The notes beneath the pieces were generated by a model. That model worked only from the letters and a program-made list of their open reading frames with translations, had not been told where the DNA came from and did no database searches. Positions 1 to 8,870 of a stretch of 19,775 nucleotides of DNA are shown one piece after another. Location of the stretch: IMG/VR virus record IMGVR_UViG_2563366917_000005; one strand, given 5' to 3'. Within the stretch, counting starts at the first letter, position 1, and every line of letters starts with the position of its first letter. The position numbers were made by a program, and so were the translations under genes. The DNA comes from a virus. Lineage: Duplodnaviria; Heunggongvirae; Uroviricota; Caudoviricetes.

Positions 1-618
1 GAAGAACTCCTGTGGCGCGAGAGTGAAAAACTGCGTCGTTATAAAAAGGAGGCCCGGTTGCCAGTTGCCAAAACGCTAAGCGAATACGACTTCAGTCAGG
101 TGCCGGAACTGAATGGAGCTCAGTTCCGGCAACTCTGTGAAACGACAGACTGGGTTGATGCAGGAGAAAACGTTCTGCTGTTCGGAGCCAGCGGGTTGGG
201 GAAAAGCCATCTGGCGGCAGCGATCGTGGATGGCGTAGTAGGCCAGGGCTACCGGGCCCGGTTCTACAGCGCAGGAGAGTTGTTGCAGGAACTACGTAAA
301 GCCAGAGCGCAGTTGAAACTGAATGAGCTGCTACTGAAACTGGATCGCTACCGGGTGATAGTGGTGGATGATCTTGGCTATGTCAAACGCGACAGCGCCG
401 AAACGGGAGTACTGTTCGAGTTAATAGCGCATCGCTATGAACGTGGGAGCCTGGTGATAACCAGTAACCATCCGTTCAGCATGTGGGGCAGCATCTTCGT
501 GGATGAGACTATGGCGGTGGCGGCGGCAGACCGGCTGATCCATCACGGATATATGTTCGAACTGAAAGGTGAAAGCTACAGGAAAAAGACAGCGAAGGCA
601 GTAACAAGCGCGACTTGA
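1..618 (+). CDS. istB: IstB-like AAA+ ATPase helper of IS21-family transposition (5' partial, frame open to window start)
   Basis: Translation has a Walker A motif (GASGLGKSHLA), a Walker B-like VIVVDDLGY, and the characteristic IstB C-terminus (DRLIHHG...ELKGESYR). The frame is open from position 1 (EELLWRESEKLRRYKKEARL...). Confidence 0.8.
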   Translation, partial: EELLWRESEKLRRYKKEARLPVAKTLSEYDFSQVPELNGAQFRQLCETTDWVDAGENVLLFGASGLGKSHLAAAIVDGVVGQGYRARFYSAGELLQELRKARAQLKLNELLLKLDRYRVIVVDDLGYVKRDSAETGVLFELIAHRYERGSLVITSNHPFSMWGSIFVDETMAVAAADRLIHHGYMFELKGESYRKKTAKAVTSAT

Positions 619-675
619 TGTCGCACTGAAGGGTGCGGCCAGTATAGTTGGCGCGAGTCGGCAAAACTAGTTGAC
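1..675 (+). mobile_element. IS21-family insertion sequence, istB-side end; the element continues beyond the window start
   Basis: Contains the 3' part of an IstB-like gene; the reading frame of a gpD-like head gene begins abruptly at about 675 just downstream, which places the IS terminus at roughly 660-680. Exact terminus and inverted repeat not determined. Confidence 0.6.
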
Positions 676-788
676 GTCTAATAGGGACCTTTGCGACGGA
701 GGCAATCCGCTGGCCTGAAAGTGTGGATGAACACAAAAAGGCCAACGCCTTTACCGGCAGTGCCCTGAGTCACGCGGCGCTGCCGTAA
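675..788 (+). pseudogene. D: 3' remnant (~37 codons) of a lambda gpD-like head decoration protein gene, truncated at its 5' side by the IS
   Basis: Frame translation ...GTFATEAIRWPESVDEHKKANAFTGSALSHAALP* resembles the C-terminus of lambda gpD as I remember it (...[32 protein letters not shown]). An in-frame stop lies at 672-674 and there is no N-terminal part upstream. Confidence 0.55.
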
Positions 789-796
789 CACGTTAT

Positions 797-830
797 CAGG
801 CCACCGCGTTGGCCTGACTGATTTCTTAAT
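797..830 (+). terminator. Hairpin between the D remnant and E (caggcca/tggcctg stem) followed by a U-rich stretch; possible attenuator
   Basis: 7 bp inverted repeat at 797-803 and 810-816 with a 6 nt loop, then auuucuuaau. Confidence 0.25.
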
Positions 831-845
831 GAAAGGAACTGATTT

Positions 846-1874
846 ATGGGATTGTTTACGACCCGCCAGTTACTCGGTTATACCGAACAAAAAGTTAAAT
901 TCCGTGCGCTGTTTCTGGAGCTGTTTTTCCGCCGTACGGTGAATTTCCACACCGAAGAGGTGATGCTGGACAAAATTACCGGAAAAACGCCGGTGGCGGC
1001 CTATGTCTCCCCGATCGTTGAAGGAAAAGTGCTTCGCCATCGCGGTGGTGAAACCCGCGTGTTACGTCCGGGCTACGTCAAGCCCAAACACGAATTTAAT
1101 TACCAGCAGGCGGTTGAGCGCCTTCCTGGTGAAGATCCGGCTCAGCTGAACGACCCGGCCTACCGTCGTCTGCGTATCATTACCGATAACCTCAAACAGG
1201 AAGAGCACGCCATTGTCCAGGTGGAAGAAATGCAGGCGGTGAATGCCGTGCTGTATGGCAAATACACCATGGAAGGGGAACAGTTTGACACGGTCGAGGT
1301 GGATTTCGGACGCTCTGAAGGAAATAACATTGAGCAGGCCGACGGTAAAAAATGGTCTGAGCAGGACCGTGATACGTTTGATCCGACGCATGATATTGAC
1401 CTTTACTGCGATCAGGCCAGCGGTCTTGTAAATATTGCCATTATGGACGGTACGGTCTGGCGTCTGCTGAATGGCTTTAAGCTGTTCCGCGAAAAACTGG
1501 ATACCCGTCGCGGCTCAAATTCACAACTCGAAACGGCAGTGAAAGACCTGGGAGCGGTGGTGTCTTTCAAAGGGTATTACGGTGATCTGGCCATTGTGGT
1601 GGCGAAAACGTCTTATGTGGCAGACGACGGTACCGAAAAACGTTATCTGCCGGTGGGCACACTGGTCCTGGGGAATACGGCAGCAGAGGGCATTCGTTGC
1701 TATGGTGCCATTCAGGATGCGCAGGCGTTGTCCGAAGGTGTGGTGGCCTCTTCCCGTTATCCGAAACACTGGCTGACTGTGGGCGATCCGGCCCGTGAAT
1801 TCACCATGACGCAGTCCGCACCGCTGATGGTGCTGCCGGATCCGGATGAGTTTGTGGTGGTGCAGGTGAAATAA
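846..1874 (+). CDS. E: Major capsid protein, lambda gpE family
   Basis: 342 aa; near co-linear similarity to lambda gpE by recollection (PIVEGKV, PGYVKPKHE, KLDTRRGSNS.LETAVKDLG, GDPAREFTM.QSAPLM, DPDEFV motifs). Confidence 0.95.
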   Translation: MGLFTTRQLLGYTEQKVKFRALFLELFFRRTVNFHTEEVMLDKITGKTPVAAYVSPIVEGKVLRHRGGETRVLRPGYVKPKHEFNYQQAVERLPGEDPAQLNDPAYRRLRIITDNLKQEEHAIVQVEEMQAVNAVLYGKYTMEGEQFDTVEVDFGRSEGNNIEQADGKKWSEQDRDTFDPTHDIDLYCDQASGLVNIAIMDGTVWRLLNGFKLFREKLDTRRGSNSQLETAVKDLGAVVSFKGYYGDLAIVVAKTSYVADDGTEKRYLPVGTLVLGNTAAEGIRCYGAIQDAQALSEGVVASSRYPKHWLTVGDPAREFTMTQSAPLMVLPDPDEFVVVQVK

Positions 1875-1882
1875 TCCGTGAG

Positions 1883-1914
1883 CGGGGGCGAAATGCCCCC
1901 GTGTCTTTTTTCAC
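1883..1914 (+). terminator. Intrinsic terminator-like hairpin directly after E (cgggggc/gcccccg stem, then gucuuuuuu)
   Basis: 7 bp GC stem at 1883-1889 and 1895-1901 with a 5 nt loop, followed by a T-run at 1906-1911. It lies between the E stop and the FI ribosome-binding site. Confidence 0.4.
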
Positions 1915-1925
1915 AGGAGGCTGAG

Positions 1926-2309
1926 ATGGCAACAAAAGAAGAAAATCTGAATCGTCTTCGTCAACTGGCTGGCCTGCTGGGGCGCGAGGCGGATATGTCG
2001 GGGAGTGCTGCGGATATTGCGCAACGTGTGTCTGAGTGGGAAGAGGAGCTTGCTGTTTCCCCGGAGGGCATTATGCACTCTGATGAGAGCGGGGCTGATC
2101 AAAATCACACAGACGATGGTGAGCAGTTGAACAACACGGATGCTCCGGATGATGTTAAAGCCGTCCGGGTACGGAAGTGCCTGCAAGTAATGGGGTATTG
2201 CCCGGAGACAGGTCGTCCCGTTGAGCTGGCGTTACGGGGTATGCGTGTTCTGGTGCCATCATCACTGGCAACGGCCATGATACAGCACGGAACGGCTGAA
2301 TATGCGTGA
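1926..2309 (+). CDS. FI: DNA-packaging / head assembly protein, gpFI-like
   Basis: Position after E; RBS aggagg at 1914-1919; N-terminus MATKEENLNRLRQL... and acidic middle resemble lambda FI. Start chosen at the ATG downstream of the hairpin rather than the ORF-track start 1878. Confidence 0.8.
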   Translation: MATKEENLNRLRQLAGLLGREADMSGSAADIAQRVSEWEEELAVSPEGIMHSDESGADQNHTDDGEQLNNTDAPDDVKAVRVRKCLQVMGYCPETGRPVELALRGMRVLVPSSLATAMIQHGTAEYA

Positions 2310-2655
2310 TTTTCAGAATGCCTTTGATGCTGCCCTCGCCGGGGTAGACAGTACGATCGTTGAAGTGATGGGACTCTGTGCGCAGTTCACCTCGGGGGCA
2401 CAGTGTGGCAGCGAAGTTCAGGGGGTTTTTGACGATCCGGAGTCGCTGGGGGTTGCCGGTGGCGGGGTCCGTATTGAAGGAAGCTGCCCGTCATTATTTG
2501 TGCGGACGGATACGGTTCGTGCCGTGCGGCGTGGTGACACGCTGACCATTAATGGTGAGACATTCTGGGTGGATCGTGTTTCTCCGGATGACGGGGGCAG
2601 CTGTTATCTCTGGCTCAACCGTGGGCAACCACCCGCAGTTAACCGGCGACGATAA
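2302..2655 (+). CDS. FII: Head-tail joining protein, gpFII-like
   Basis: 117 aa; GVFDDPE, PSLFVRTD, RRGDTLTI, FWVDRVSPDDGGSC.LWL.RG.PPAVNRRR match lambda FII by recollection; overlaps the FI stop. Confidence 0.9.
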   Translation: MRDFQNAFDAALAGVDSTIVEVMGLCAQFTSGAQCGSEVQGVFDDPESLGVAGGGVRIEGSCPSLFVRTDTVRAVRRGDTLTINGETFWVDRVSPDDGGSCYLWLNRGQPPAVNRRR

Positions 2656-2669
2656 ACGCAGGGTGAATT

Positions 2670-3245
2670 ATGGCGATAAAAGGGCTTGATCAGGCGATTG
2701 ACAATCTGAGCCGGGTTCGTAAAAACGCCATTCCGGCTGCTTCTGCAATGACCATTAACCGCGTGGCCATAACGGCGATTAATCAGTCTTCGTCACAGGT
2801 TGCCCGGGAAACCAGGGTGAGACGGAAACTGGTAAAGGAACGGTCCAGACTGAAACGGGCGACGGTCAGAAATCCGAATGCCAGAATTATCGTTAACCGC
2901 GGTGATCTCCCTGTGATTAAGCTGGGGATCAGAATGCTGGGGCGTCGTCCGGACAGCATACTCAAAGCCGGTCAGCATCGTTATCAGCGGGCATTTATCC
3001 AGCGATTAAATAATGGGCGCTGGCATGTTATGCAACGTCTTCCCCAGGCCAGATATGAGGAGGGCAATGACGACAAGGGAAGGAAAAAGCGTAATCGCCT
3101 TCCCATTCAGGTGGTGAAAATCCCGATGGCGGCCCCACTGAAACAGGCATTTGATGAGAATGTTGACCGTATCCGGCGTGAACGCCTGCCTAAAGAACTG
3201 GCATACGCGCTGAAACAACAACTGAGGATTGCGATAAAACGATGA
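2670..3245 (+). CDS. Z: Tail completion protein, gpZ-like
   Basis: 191 aa; MAIKGL.QA..NLSR, QVARETRVRRKLVKER.RLKRATV, NRGDLPVIKLG, NGRWHVMQR, ERIRRERLPKEL as in lambda Z. Confidence 0.9.
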   Translation: MAIKGLDQAIDNLSRVRKNAIPAASAMTINRVAITAINQSSSQVARETRVRRKLVKERSRLKRATVRNPNARIIVNRGDLPVIKLGIRMLGRRPDSILKAGQHRYQRAFIQRLNNGRWHVMQRLPQARYEEGNDDKGRKKRNRLPIQVVKIPMAAPLKQAFDENVDRIRRERLPKELAYALKQQLRIAIKR

Positions 3246-3637
3246 AACACACTGACATTCGTGCCGCAGTGCTGGATGCACTCGAGCAGCATGAACACGG
3301 GGCGACGCTGTTTGATGGTCGCCCCGTTGTTTTTGACGAAGAGGATTTTCCTGCGATCGCGGTTTATCTGACGGATGCAGAGTATACCGGTGAAGAGCTG
3401 GATGCAGATACCTGGCGGGCCACGCTGCATATTGAGGTGTTTTTACCGGCACAGGTACCGGATTCAGAGCTTGATCAGTGGATGGAAAGCCGGATTTACC
3501 CGGCGATGACCGCGATCCCGGCACTGGCAGGACTGATTACCACGATGGTTACGCAGGGCTATGAGTATCGTCGTGATGACGATATGGCGTTATGGAGTTC
3601 TGCAGATCTGACTTATTCCATTACATACGAGATGTGA
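3242..3637 (+). CDS. U: Tail tube terminator protein, gpU-like
   Basis: 131 aa; [63 protein letters not shown]; ATGA overlap with Z. Confidence 0.9.
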   Translation: MKHTDIRAAVLDALEQHEHGATLFDGRPVVFDEEDFPAIAVYLTDAEYTGEELDADTWRATLHIEVFLPAQVPDSELDQWMESRIYPAMTAIPALAGLITTMVTQGYEYRRDDDMALWSSADLTYSITYEM

Positions 3638-3644
3638 GGACGAT

Positions 3645-4397
3645 ATGGCAACACCAAATCCCCTTGAGCCGGTAAAAGGTGCCGGTACCACTCTGTGGGT
3701 TTACAACGGCAAGGGTGATGCTTATGCAAACCCGTTGTCAGACGATGACTGGCAGCGACTGGCTAAGGTGAAGGATCTGACGCCGGGCGAGATGACGGCA
3801 GAATCCTACGATGATAACTACCTGGATGATGAAGACGCGGACTGGACCGCGACCGGGCAGGGGCAGAAATCTGCAGGTGATACCAGTTTTACGCTGGCCT
3901 GGAAACCGGGAGAGGAAGGCCAGAAAGGGCTTATAGGCTGGTTTGAAAGCGGCGATGTCCGGGCCTATAAAATCCGTTTTCCGAATGGCACGGTGGATGT
4001 GTTTCGTGGCTGGGTCAGCAGTATCGGTAAGGCCGTGACGGCGAAAGAAGTGATCACCCGCACGGTGAAAGTCACTAACGTGGGTAAACCTTCTGTAGCG
4101 GAAGAACGCAGCAAAATTACGCCGGTCAGTGCGATTAAGGTGACGCCGACATCCGGTACGGTGGCAAAAGGGAAAACAACCACCCTGACGGTTTCTTTTG
4201 AGCCGGAAAGTGCAACCGACAAGACGTTCAGAGCGGTTTCCGCCGATCCGTCGAAAGCCACCATTAGTGTGAAAGATATGACAATTACGGTAAACGGCGT
4301 GGCGACAGGTAAGGTGCAGATCCCTGTGGTGAGCGGAAATGGTCAGTTCGCCGCAGTGGCTGAAGTCACCGTTACTGAAGCGGGCGCTGCAGGGTAA
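3645..4397 (+). CDS. V: Major tail tube protein, gpV-like, with C-terminal Ig-like domain
   Basis: 250 aa; [105 protein letters not shown]; the C-terminal ~90 aa look like a Big_2-type Ig-like fold. Confidence 0.95.
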   Translation: MATPNPLEPVKGAGTTLWVYNGKGDAYANPLSDDDWQRLAKVKDLTPGEMTAESYDDNYLDDEDADWTATGQGQKSAGDTSFTLAWKPGEEGQKGLIGWFESGDVRAYKIRFPNGTVDVFRGWVSSIGKAVTAKEVITRTVKVTNVGKPSVAEERSKITPVSAIKVTPTSGTVAKGKTTTLTVSFEPESATDKTFRAVSADPSKATISVKDMTITVNGVATGKVQIPVVSGNGQFAAVAEVTVTEAGAAG

Positions 4398-4410
4398 ACG
4401 GAGGTAATAC

Positions 4411-4842
4411 ATGTTTCTGAAAACAGAACAATTTGAATATAACGGTGTGTCTGTCACGCTTTCCGAATTGTCTGCGCTGCAGCGTATCGAGCATCTTGCC
4501 CTCCTGAAACGGCGTGCAGAACAGGCAGAATCCTGCGGCAACCTGCAGGTAAGCGTGGAAGATCTCGTCAGAACCGGCGCGTTTCTGGTGGCGATGTCCC
4601 TGTGGCATAACCATCCACAGAAAACGCAGTCACCGTCAATGAATGAGGCCGTGATGAAGATAGAGCAGGAAGTGCTCACCACCTGGCCTGCCGATGCCAT
4701 TGCCCGGGCGGAAGACGTGGTGTTGTGCCTGTCCGGGATGATCGAAGCTGTTCGTCCGGATACTGATATTACTGAAGTGGCGAAAAATAACACGCTGACT
4801 GATGATGATTTTTCTGCGGGAAAGTCTTCGACGGCGAGCTGA
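4411..4842 (+). CDS. G: Tail assembly chaperone, gpG-like
   Basis: 143 aa; MFLKTE.FE.NGV.VTLSELSALQRIEHLAL.KR.AEQAES, AFLVAMSLWHNHPQKTQ.PSMNEA as in lambda G. Confidence 0.9.
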   Translation: MFLKTEQFEYNGVSVTLSELSALQRIEHLALLKRRAEQAESCGNLQVSVEDLVRTGAFLVAMSLWHNHPQKTQSPSMNEAVMKIEQEVLTTWPADAIARAEDVVLCLSGMIEAVRPDTDITEVAKNNTLTDDDFSAGKSSTAS

Positions 4843-5282
4843 ACTTTGCCCTCAGACTGGCGCGTGAGATGGGGAGACCCGACTGGCGCGCCATGCTTGC
4901 CGGGATGACATCCACCGAATATGCCGACTGGCACCGTTTTTACCGCACGCATTATTTTCAGGATACCCAGCTGGATATGCATTTTTCCGGGCTGACGTAC
5001 GCTGTACTCAGCCTGTTTTTTTGCGATCCGGATATGCATCCCTCTGATTTCAGTCTGCTTGTCCCCCGGCATGAGGAAGAGCAGGTGGAGAGGCCGGATG
5101 AGGACAAAATGCTGATGCAGAAAGCGGCAGGACTTGCCGGAGGCGTCCGGTTCGGTGGGGACGGAGGGCGCGATATTTTATCGTCTGCGGATGTGGCGGA
5201 TGTCATGGTGGATGATGCCGCATTAATGATGGCTTCAGCGGGGATTCCGGGAGGTGTGAGATATGTCCCAGCCGGTTGGTGA
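4411..5282 (+). CDS. GT: Tail assembly chaperone G-T fusion made by programmed -1 ribosomal frameshift at 4818-4824; T portion runs 4824..5282 in the -1 frame
   Basis: The -1 frame is open from the slippery site and reads GKVFDGELNFALRLAREMGRPDWRAMLAGMTSTEYADWHRFY..., matching lambda gpT. There is no independent start or RBS for T. Confidence 0.8.
4818..4824 (+). other. -1 programmed frameshift slippery heptamer G GGA AAG near the 3' end of G
   Basis: Heptamer X XXY YYZ in the G frame (codons GGA 4819-4821, AAG 4822-4824), identical to the lambda G/T slippery sequence. Confidence 0.8.
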
Positions 5283-7836
5283 TCTTGTTATTGACCTGAG
5301 TCTGGATGCTGTCCGTTTCGATGAGCAGATGAGCCGGGTAAGGCGTCATTTTTCAGGTCTGGATACCGACGCCAGAAAAACCGCCAGTGCTGTTGAACAG
5401 GGCCTGAGCCGCCAGGCGCTGGCTGCACAAAAAGCCGGGATTTCCGTCGGGCAGTATAAAGCGGCCATGCGAACCCTGCCCGCACAGTTTACGGATATCG
5501 CCACGCAGCTTGCCGGTGGTCAGAATCCCTGGCTGATCCTGCTGCAACAGGGCGGTCAGGTGAAGGACTCCTTCGGCGGGATGATCCCCATGTTCAGGGG
5601 GCTCGCCGGTGCGATCACCCTGCCGATGGTCGGGGTCACCTCGCTGGCGGTGGCGACAGGTGCGCTGGTGTACGCCTGGTACCAGGGAGATTCCACGCTT
5701 TCAGCGTTTAATAAAACCCTGGTTCTTTCCGGTAATCAGTCCGGACTGACTGCCGATCGTATGCTGACTCTCTCAAGAGCCGGGCAGGCAGCAGGGCTGA
5801 CGTTTAACCAGGCGAGAGAGTCACTGGCAGCCCTGGTGAATGCCGGTGTGCGTGGTGGTGAACAGTTTGATGCCATCAACCAGAGTGTCGCGCGTTTTGC
5901 GTCTGCATCCGGTGTGGAGGTGGATAAAGTCGCTGAAGCCTTCGGGAAGCTGACCACTGACCCGACGTCGGGACTGATGGCGATGGCGCGCCAGTTCCGT
6001 AACGTGACGGCAGAGCAGATTGCGTATGTTGCACAGCTGCAGCGTTCCGGAGACGAGGCCGGTGCATTGCAGGCGGCGAACGATATCGCCACGAAAGGCT
6101 TTGATGAGCAGACCCGTCGCCTGAAAGAAAACATGGGAACACTGGAGACCTGGGCGGATAAAACAGGGAAGGCATTCAAATCGATGTGGGATGCCATTCT
6201 GGATATCGGTCGTCCGGAATCCTCAGCGGATATGCTCGCCAGTGCGCAGAAGGCATTTGATGAGGCGGATAAAAAATGGCAGTGGTACCAGAGCCGGAGC
6301 CAGCGCCGGGGAAAAACCGCCTCTTTTCGTGCCAACCTTCAGGGCGCATGGGATGACCGGGAAAATGCCCGTCTGGGTCTGGCAGCGGCAACGCTGCAGT
6401 CGGATATGGAAAAAGCCGGTGAACTGGCGGCAAGGGACAGGGCTGAGCGTGAGTCGTCACAGCTGAAGTATACCGGAGAGGCGCAGAAGGCGTATGAGCG
6501 CCTGCTGACGCCACTGGAGAAATATACCGCCCGGCAGGAAGAGCTGAATAAGGCCCTGAAAGACGGGAAAATCCTGCAGGCGGATTACAACACGCTGATG
6601 GCGTCGGCAAAAAAGGATTATGAGTCGACGCAGAAAAAGCCGTCCGGTGTGAAGGTGTCTGCCGGTGAGCGCCAGGAAGACCAGGCGCATGCAGCCCTGC
6701 TGGCGCTTGAAACCGAGCTCAGGACGCTGGAAAAACACAGCGGTGTGAATGAGAAAATCAGCCAGCAGCGCCGGGATTTATGGGAAGCGGAAAATCAGTA
6801 TGTGGTCCTGAAAGAGGCCGCCACGAAACGGCAGTTATCTGAGCAGGAAAAATCCCTGCTGGCCCATGAGAAAGAGACGCTGGAGTACAAACGCCAGCTG
6901 GCTGAGCTGGGCGACAAGATTGAACACCAGAAACGGCTGAATGAGCTGGCACAGCAGGCGGCGCGGTTTGAACAGCAGCAGAGCGCGAAGCAGGCGGCAA
7001 TCAGCGCAAAAGCCCGCGGACTCACCGACCGTCAGGCGCAGCGGGAGTCGGAAGAGCAGCGCCTTCGTGAGGTGTACGGTGATAATCCGGCTGCGCTGGC
7101 GAAGGCCACATCTGCACTGAAGAACACCTGGTCTGCGGAGGAGCAGCTTCGTGGAAGCTGGATGGCCGGGATGAAGTCCGGCTGGGGCGAGTGGGCGGAA
7201 AGTGCGACGGACAGTTTTTCGCAGGTTAAAAACGCGGCCACGCAGACCTTTGACGGTATTGCACAGAATATGGCAGCGATGCTGACCGGCAGCGAACAGA
7301 ACTGGCGTGGTTTCACCCGTTCTGTGCTGTCCATGCTGACAGAGATTTTTCTGAAGCAGGCGATGGTGGGGATAGTCGGGAGTATCGGCAGCGCCATTGG
7401 CGGGGCTGTTGGTGGCGGCGCATCCGCGTCAGGCGGTACAGCCATTCAGGCTGCGGCGGCGAACTTCCATTTCGCGACCGGGAGATTTACGGGGACGGGG
7501 GGTAAATATGAACCTGCGGGGATTGTTCATCGCGGGGAGTTTGTCTTCACGAAGGAGGCGACCAGCCGGATTGGTGTCGGCAATCTGTACCGCCTGATGC
7601 GGGGCTATGCGGAAGGTGGTTATGTCGGCGGTGCCGGAAGTCCGGCGCAGATGCGGCGGGCGGAAGGCATTAATTTTAATCAGAACAATCACGTGGTGAT
7701 TCAGAACGACGGCCCCAACGGGCGGGCAGGGCCGCAGCTGATGAAAGCGGTGTATGAGATGGCCCGCAAGGGGGCACAGGATGAACTCCGGCTGCAGTTG
7801 CGTGATGGCGGTATGTTATCAGGGAGCGGTGGATGA
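5263..7836 (+). CDS. H: Tail tape measure protein, gpH-like
   Basis: 857 aa; long stretches near-identical to lambda H by recollection (VGDLV.DLSLDA.RFDEQM.RVRRHFSG, GGQVKDSFGGMIPMFRGLAGAITLPMVG, C-terminal GIVHRGEFVFTKEATSRIGVGNLYRLMRGYA); overlaps the T stop. Confidence 0.95.
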   Translation: MSQPVGDLVIDLSLDAVRFDEQMSRVRRHFSGLDTDARKTASAVEQGLSRQALAAQKAGISVGQYKAAMRTLPAQFTDIATQLAGGQNPWLILLQQGGQVKDSFGGMIPMFRGLAGAITLPMVGVTSLAVATGALVYAWYQGDSTLSAFNKTLVLSGNQSGLTADRMLTLSRAGQAAGLTFNQARESLAALVNAGVRGGEQFDAINQSVARFASASGVEVDKVAEAFGKLTTDPTSGLMAMARQFRNVTAEQIAYVAQLQRSGDEAGALQAANDIATKGFDEQTRRLKENMGTLETWADKTGKAFKSMWDAILDIGRPESSADMLASAQKAFDEADKKWQWYQSRSQRRGKTASFRANLQGAWDDRENARLGLAAATLQSDMEKAGELAARDRAERESSQLKYTGEAQKAYERLLTPLEKYTARQEELNKALKDGKILQADYNTLMASAKKDYESTQKKPSGVKVSAGERQEDQAHAALLALETELRTLEKHSGVNEKISQQRRDLWEAENQYVVLKEAATKRQLSEQEKSLLAHEKETLEYKRQLAELGDKIEHQKRLNELAQQAARFEQQQSAKQAAISAKARGLTDRQAQRESEEQRLREVYGDNPAALAKATSALKNTWSAEEQLRGSWMAGMKSGWGEWAESATDSFSQVKNAATQTFDGIAQNMAAMLTGSEQNWRGFTRSVLSMLTEIFLKQAMVGIVGSIGSAIGGAVGGGASASGGTAIQAAAANFHFATGRFTGTGGKYEPAGIVHRGEFVFTKEATSRIGVGNLYRLMRGYAEGGYVGGAGSPAQMRRAEGINFNQNNHVVIQNDGPNGRAGPQLMKAVYEMARKGAQDELRLQLRDGGMLSGSGG

Positions 7837-8162
7837 AAACCTTTCGCTGGAAAGTGAAGCCGGATATGGAGGTGAACTCGCAGCCATCGGTGCGTGAAGT
7901 GCGTTTTGGTGACGGGTACTCACAGCGTATGGCGGCAGGGCTGAATGCTGACCTGAAAACATACAGGGTGACGCTTTCCGTGACCCGGGAGGAGGCCCGG
8001 CATCTGGAAGCGTTCCTGGCAGAGCACGGTGGCTGGAAGGCATTTTTGTGGAAGCCACCCTATGCATACCGGCAGATAAAGGTGACCTGTGCCGGGTGGT
8101 CTGCGCGGGTCGGGATGTTGCGCGTTGAGTTCAGCGCGGAGTTTAAGCAGGTGGTGAACTGA
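7833..8162 (+). CDS. M: Minor tail protein, gpM-like
   Basis: 109 aa; MKTFRWKVKP, VRFGDGYSQR, RQIKVTCA.WS.RV.MLRVEFSAEF.QVVN; ATGA overlap with H. Confidence 0.9.
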   Translation: MKTFRWKVKPDMEVNSQPSVREVRFGDGYSQRMAAGLNADLKTYRVTLSVTREEARHLEAFLAEHGGWKAFLWKPPYAYRQIKVTCAGWSARVGMLRVEFSAEFKQVVN

Positions 8163-8860
8163 TGCAGGATATTCGAGAAGAAAGTCTGAACGAGTCGGTT
8201 AAGTCAGAGCAGTCACCGCGGGTGGTACTCTGGGAAATCGACCTGACGGTACAGGGTGGTGAGCGGTATTTTTTCTGTAATGAGCTGAATGAAAAAGGGG
8301 AGCCGGTCACCTGGCAGGGGCGTAAGTATGAGGCATACCCGATTGACGGCAGCGGCTTTGAGATGAACGGCCGGGGCAGCAGTGCCAGACCGTCGCTGAC
8401 GGTGTCCAATCTGTTCGGTCTGGTCACCGGGATGGCGGAAGACCTGCAGAGTCTGGTGGGGGCCACGGTGGTCCGCCGCCGGGTGTATGCCCGTTTTCTG
8501 GATGCGGTGAATTTCGTTGCGGGCAATCCGGAGGCGGACCCGGAGCAGGAGCTGAGTGACCGCTGGGTGGTGGAGCAGATGTCGCAGCTGACAGCCATGA
8601 CGGCCTCGTTTGTGCTGGCTACACCGACCGAGACGGACGGGGCGCTGTTTCCCGGTCGCATCATGCTGGCGAACACCTGTATGTGGGATTACCGGGGAGA
8701 TGAATGCGGGTATAACGGTCCTGCGGTGGCGGATGAGTTCGACAACCCCACCACGGATATCCGTAAGGACAGATGCAGCAAGTGCATGCGCGGGTGTGAA
8801 CTGCGCAGGAATGTCGGCAATTTTGGCGGTTTCCTTTCCATTAATAAACTTTCGCAGTAA
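8162..8860 (+). CDS. L: Minor tail (tail tip) protein, gpL-like, with C-terminal Cys cluster
   Basis: 232 aa; MQDIR.E.LNE, VVLWEIDLT, GGERYFFCNE.NEKGEPVTWQGR.Y, PGRIMLANTC.W.YRGDECGY.GPAVADE, C-terminal CSKC...C. Confidence 0.9.
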   Translation: MQDIREESLNESVKSEQSPRVVLWEIDLTVQGGERYFFCNELNEKGEPVTWQGRKYEAYPIDGSGFEMNGRGSSARPSLTVSNLFGLVTGMAEDLQSLVGATVVRRRVYARFLDAVNFVAGNPEADPEQELSDRWVVEQMSQLTAMTASFVLATPTETDGALFPGRIMLANTCMWDYRGDECGYNGPAVADEFDNPTTDIRKDRCSKCMRGCELRRNVGNFGGFLSINKLSQ

Positions 8861-8870
8861 ATCCCGGTTT

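Noticed and set aside
3738-5072. 444 aa minus-strand ORF antisense to V, G and T
   Set aside because: It is antisense to three well-supported tail genes, Cys/Arg-rich with no recognisable fold or RBS; typical spurious ORF in GC-rich coding DNA.
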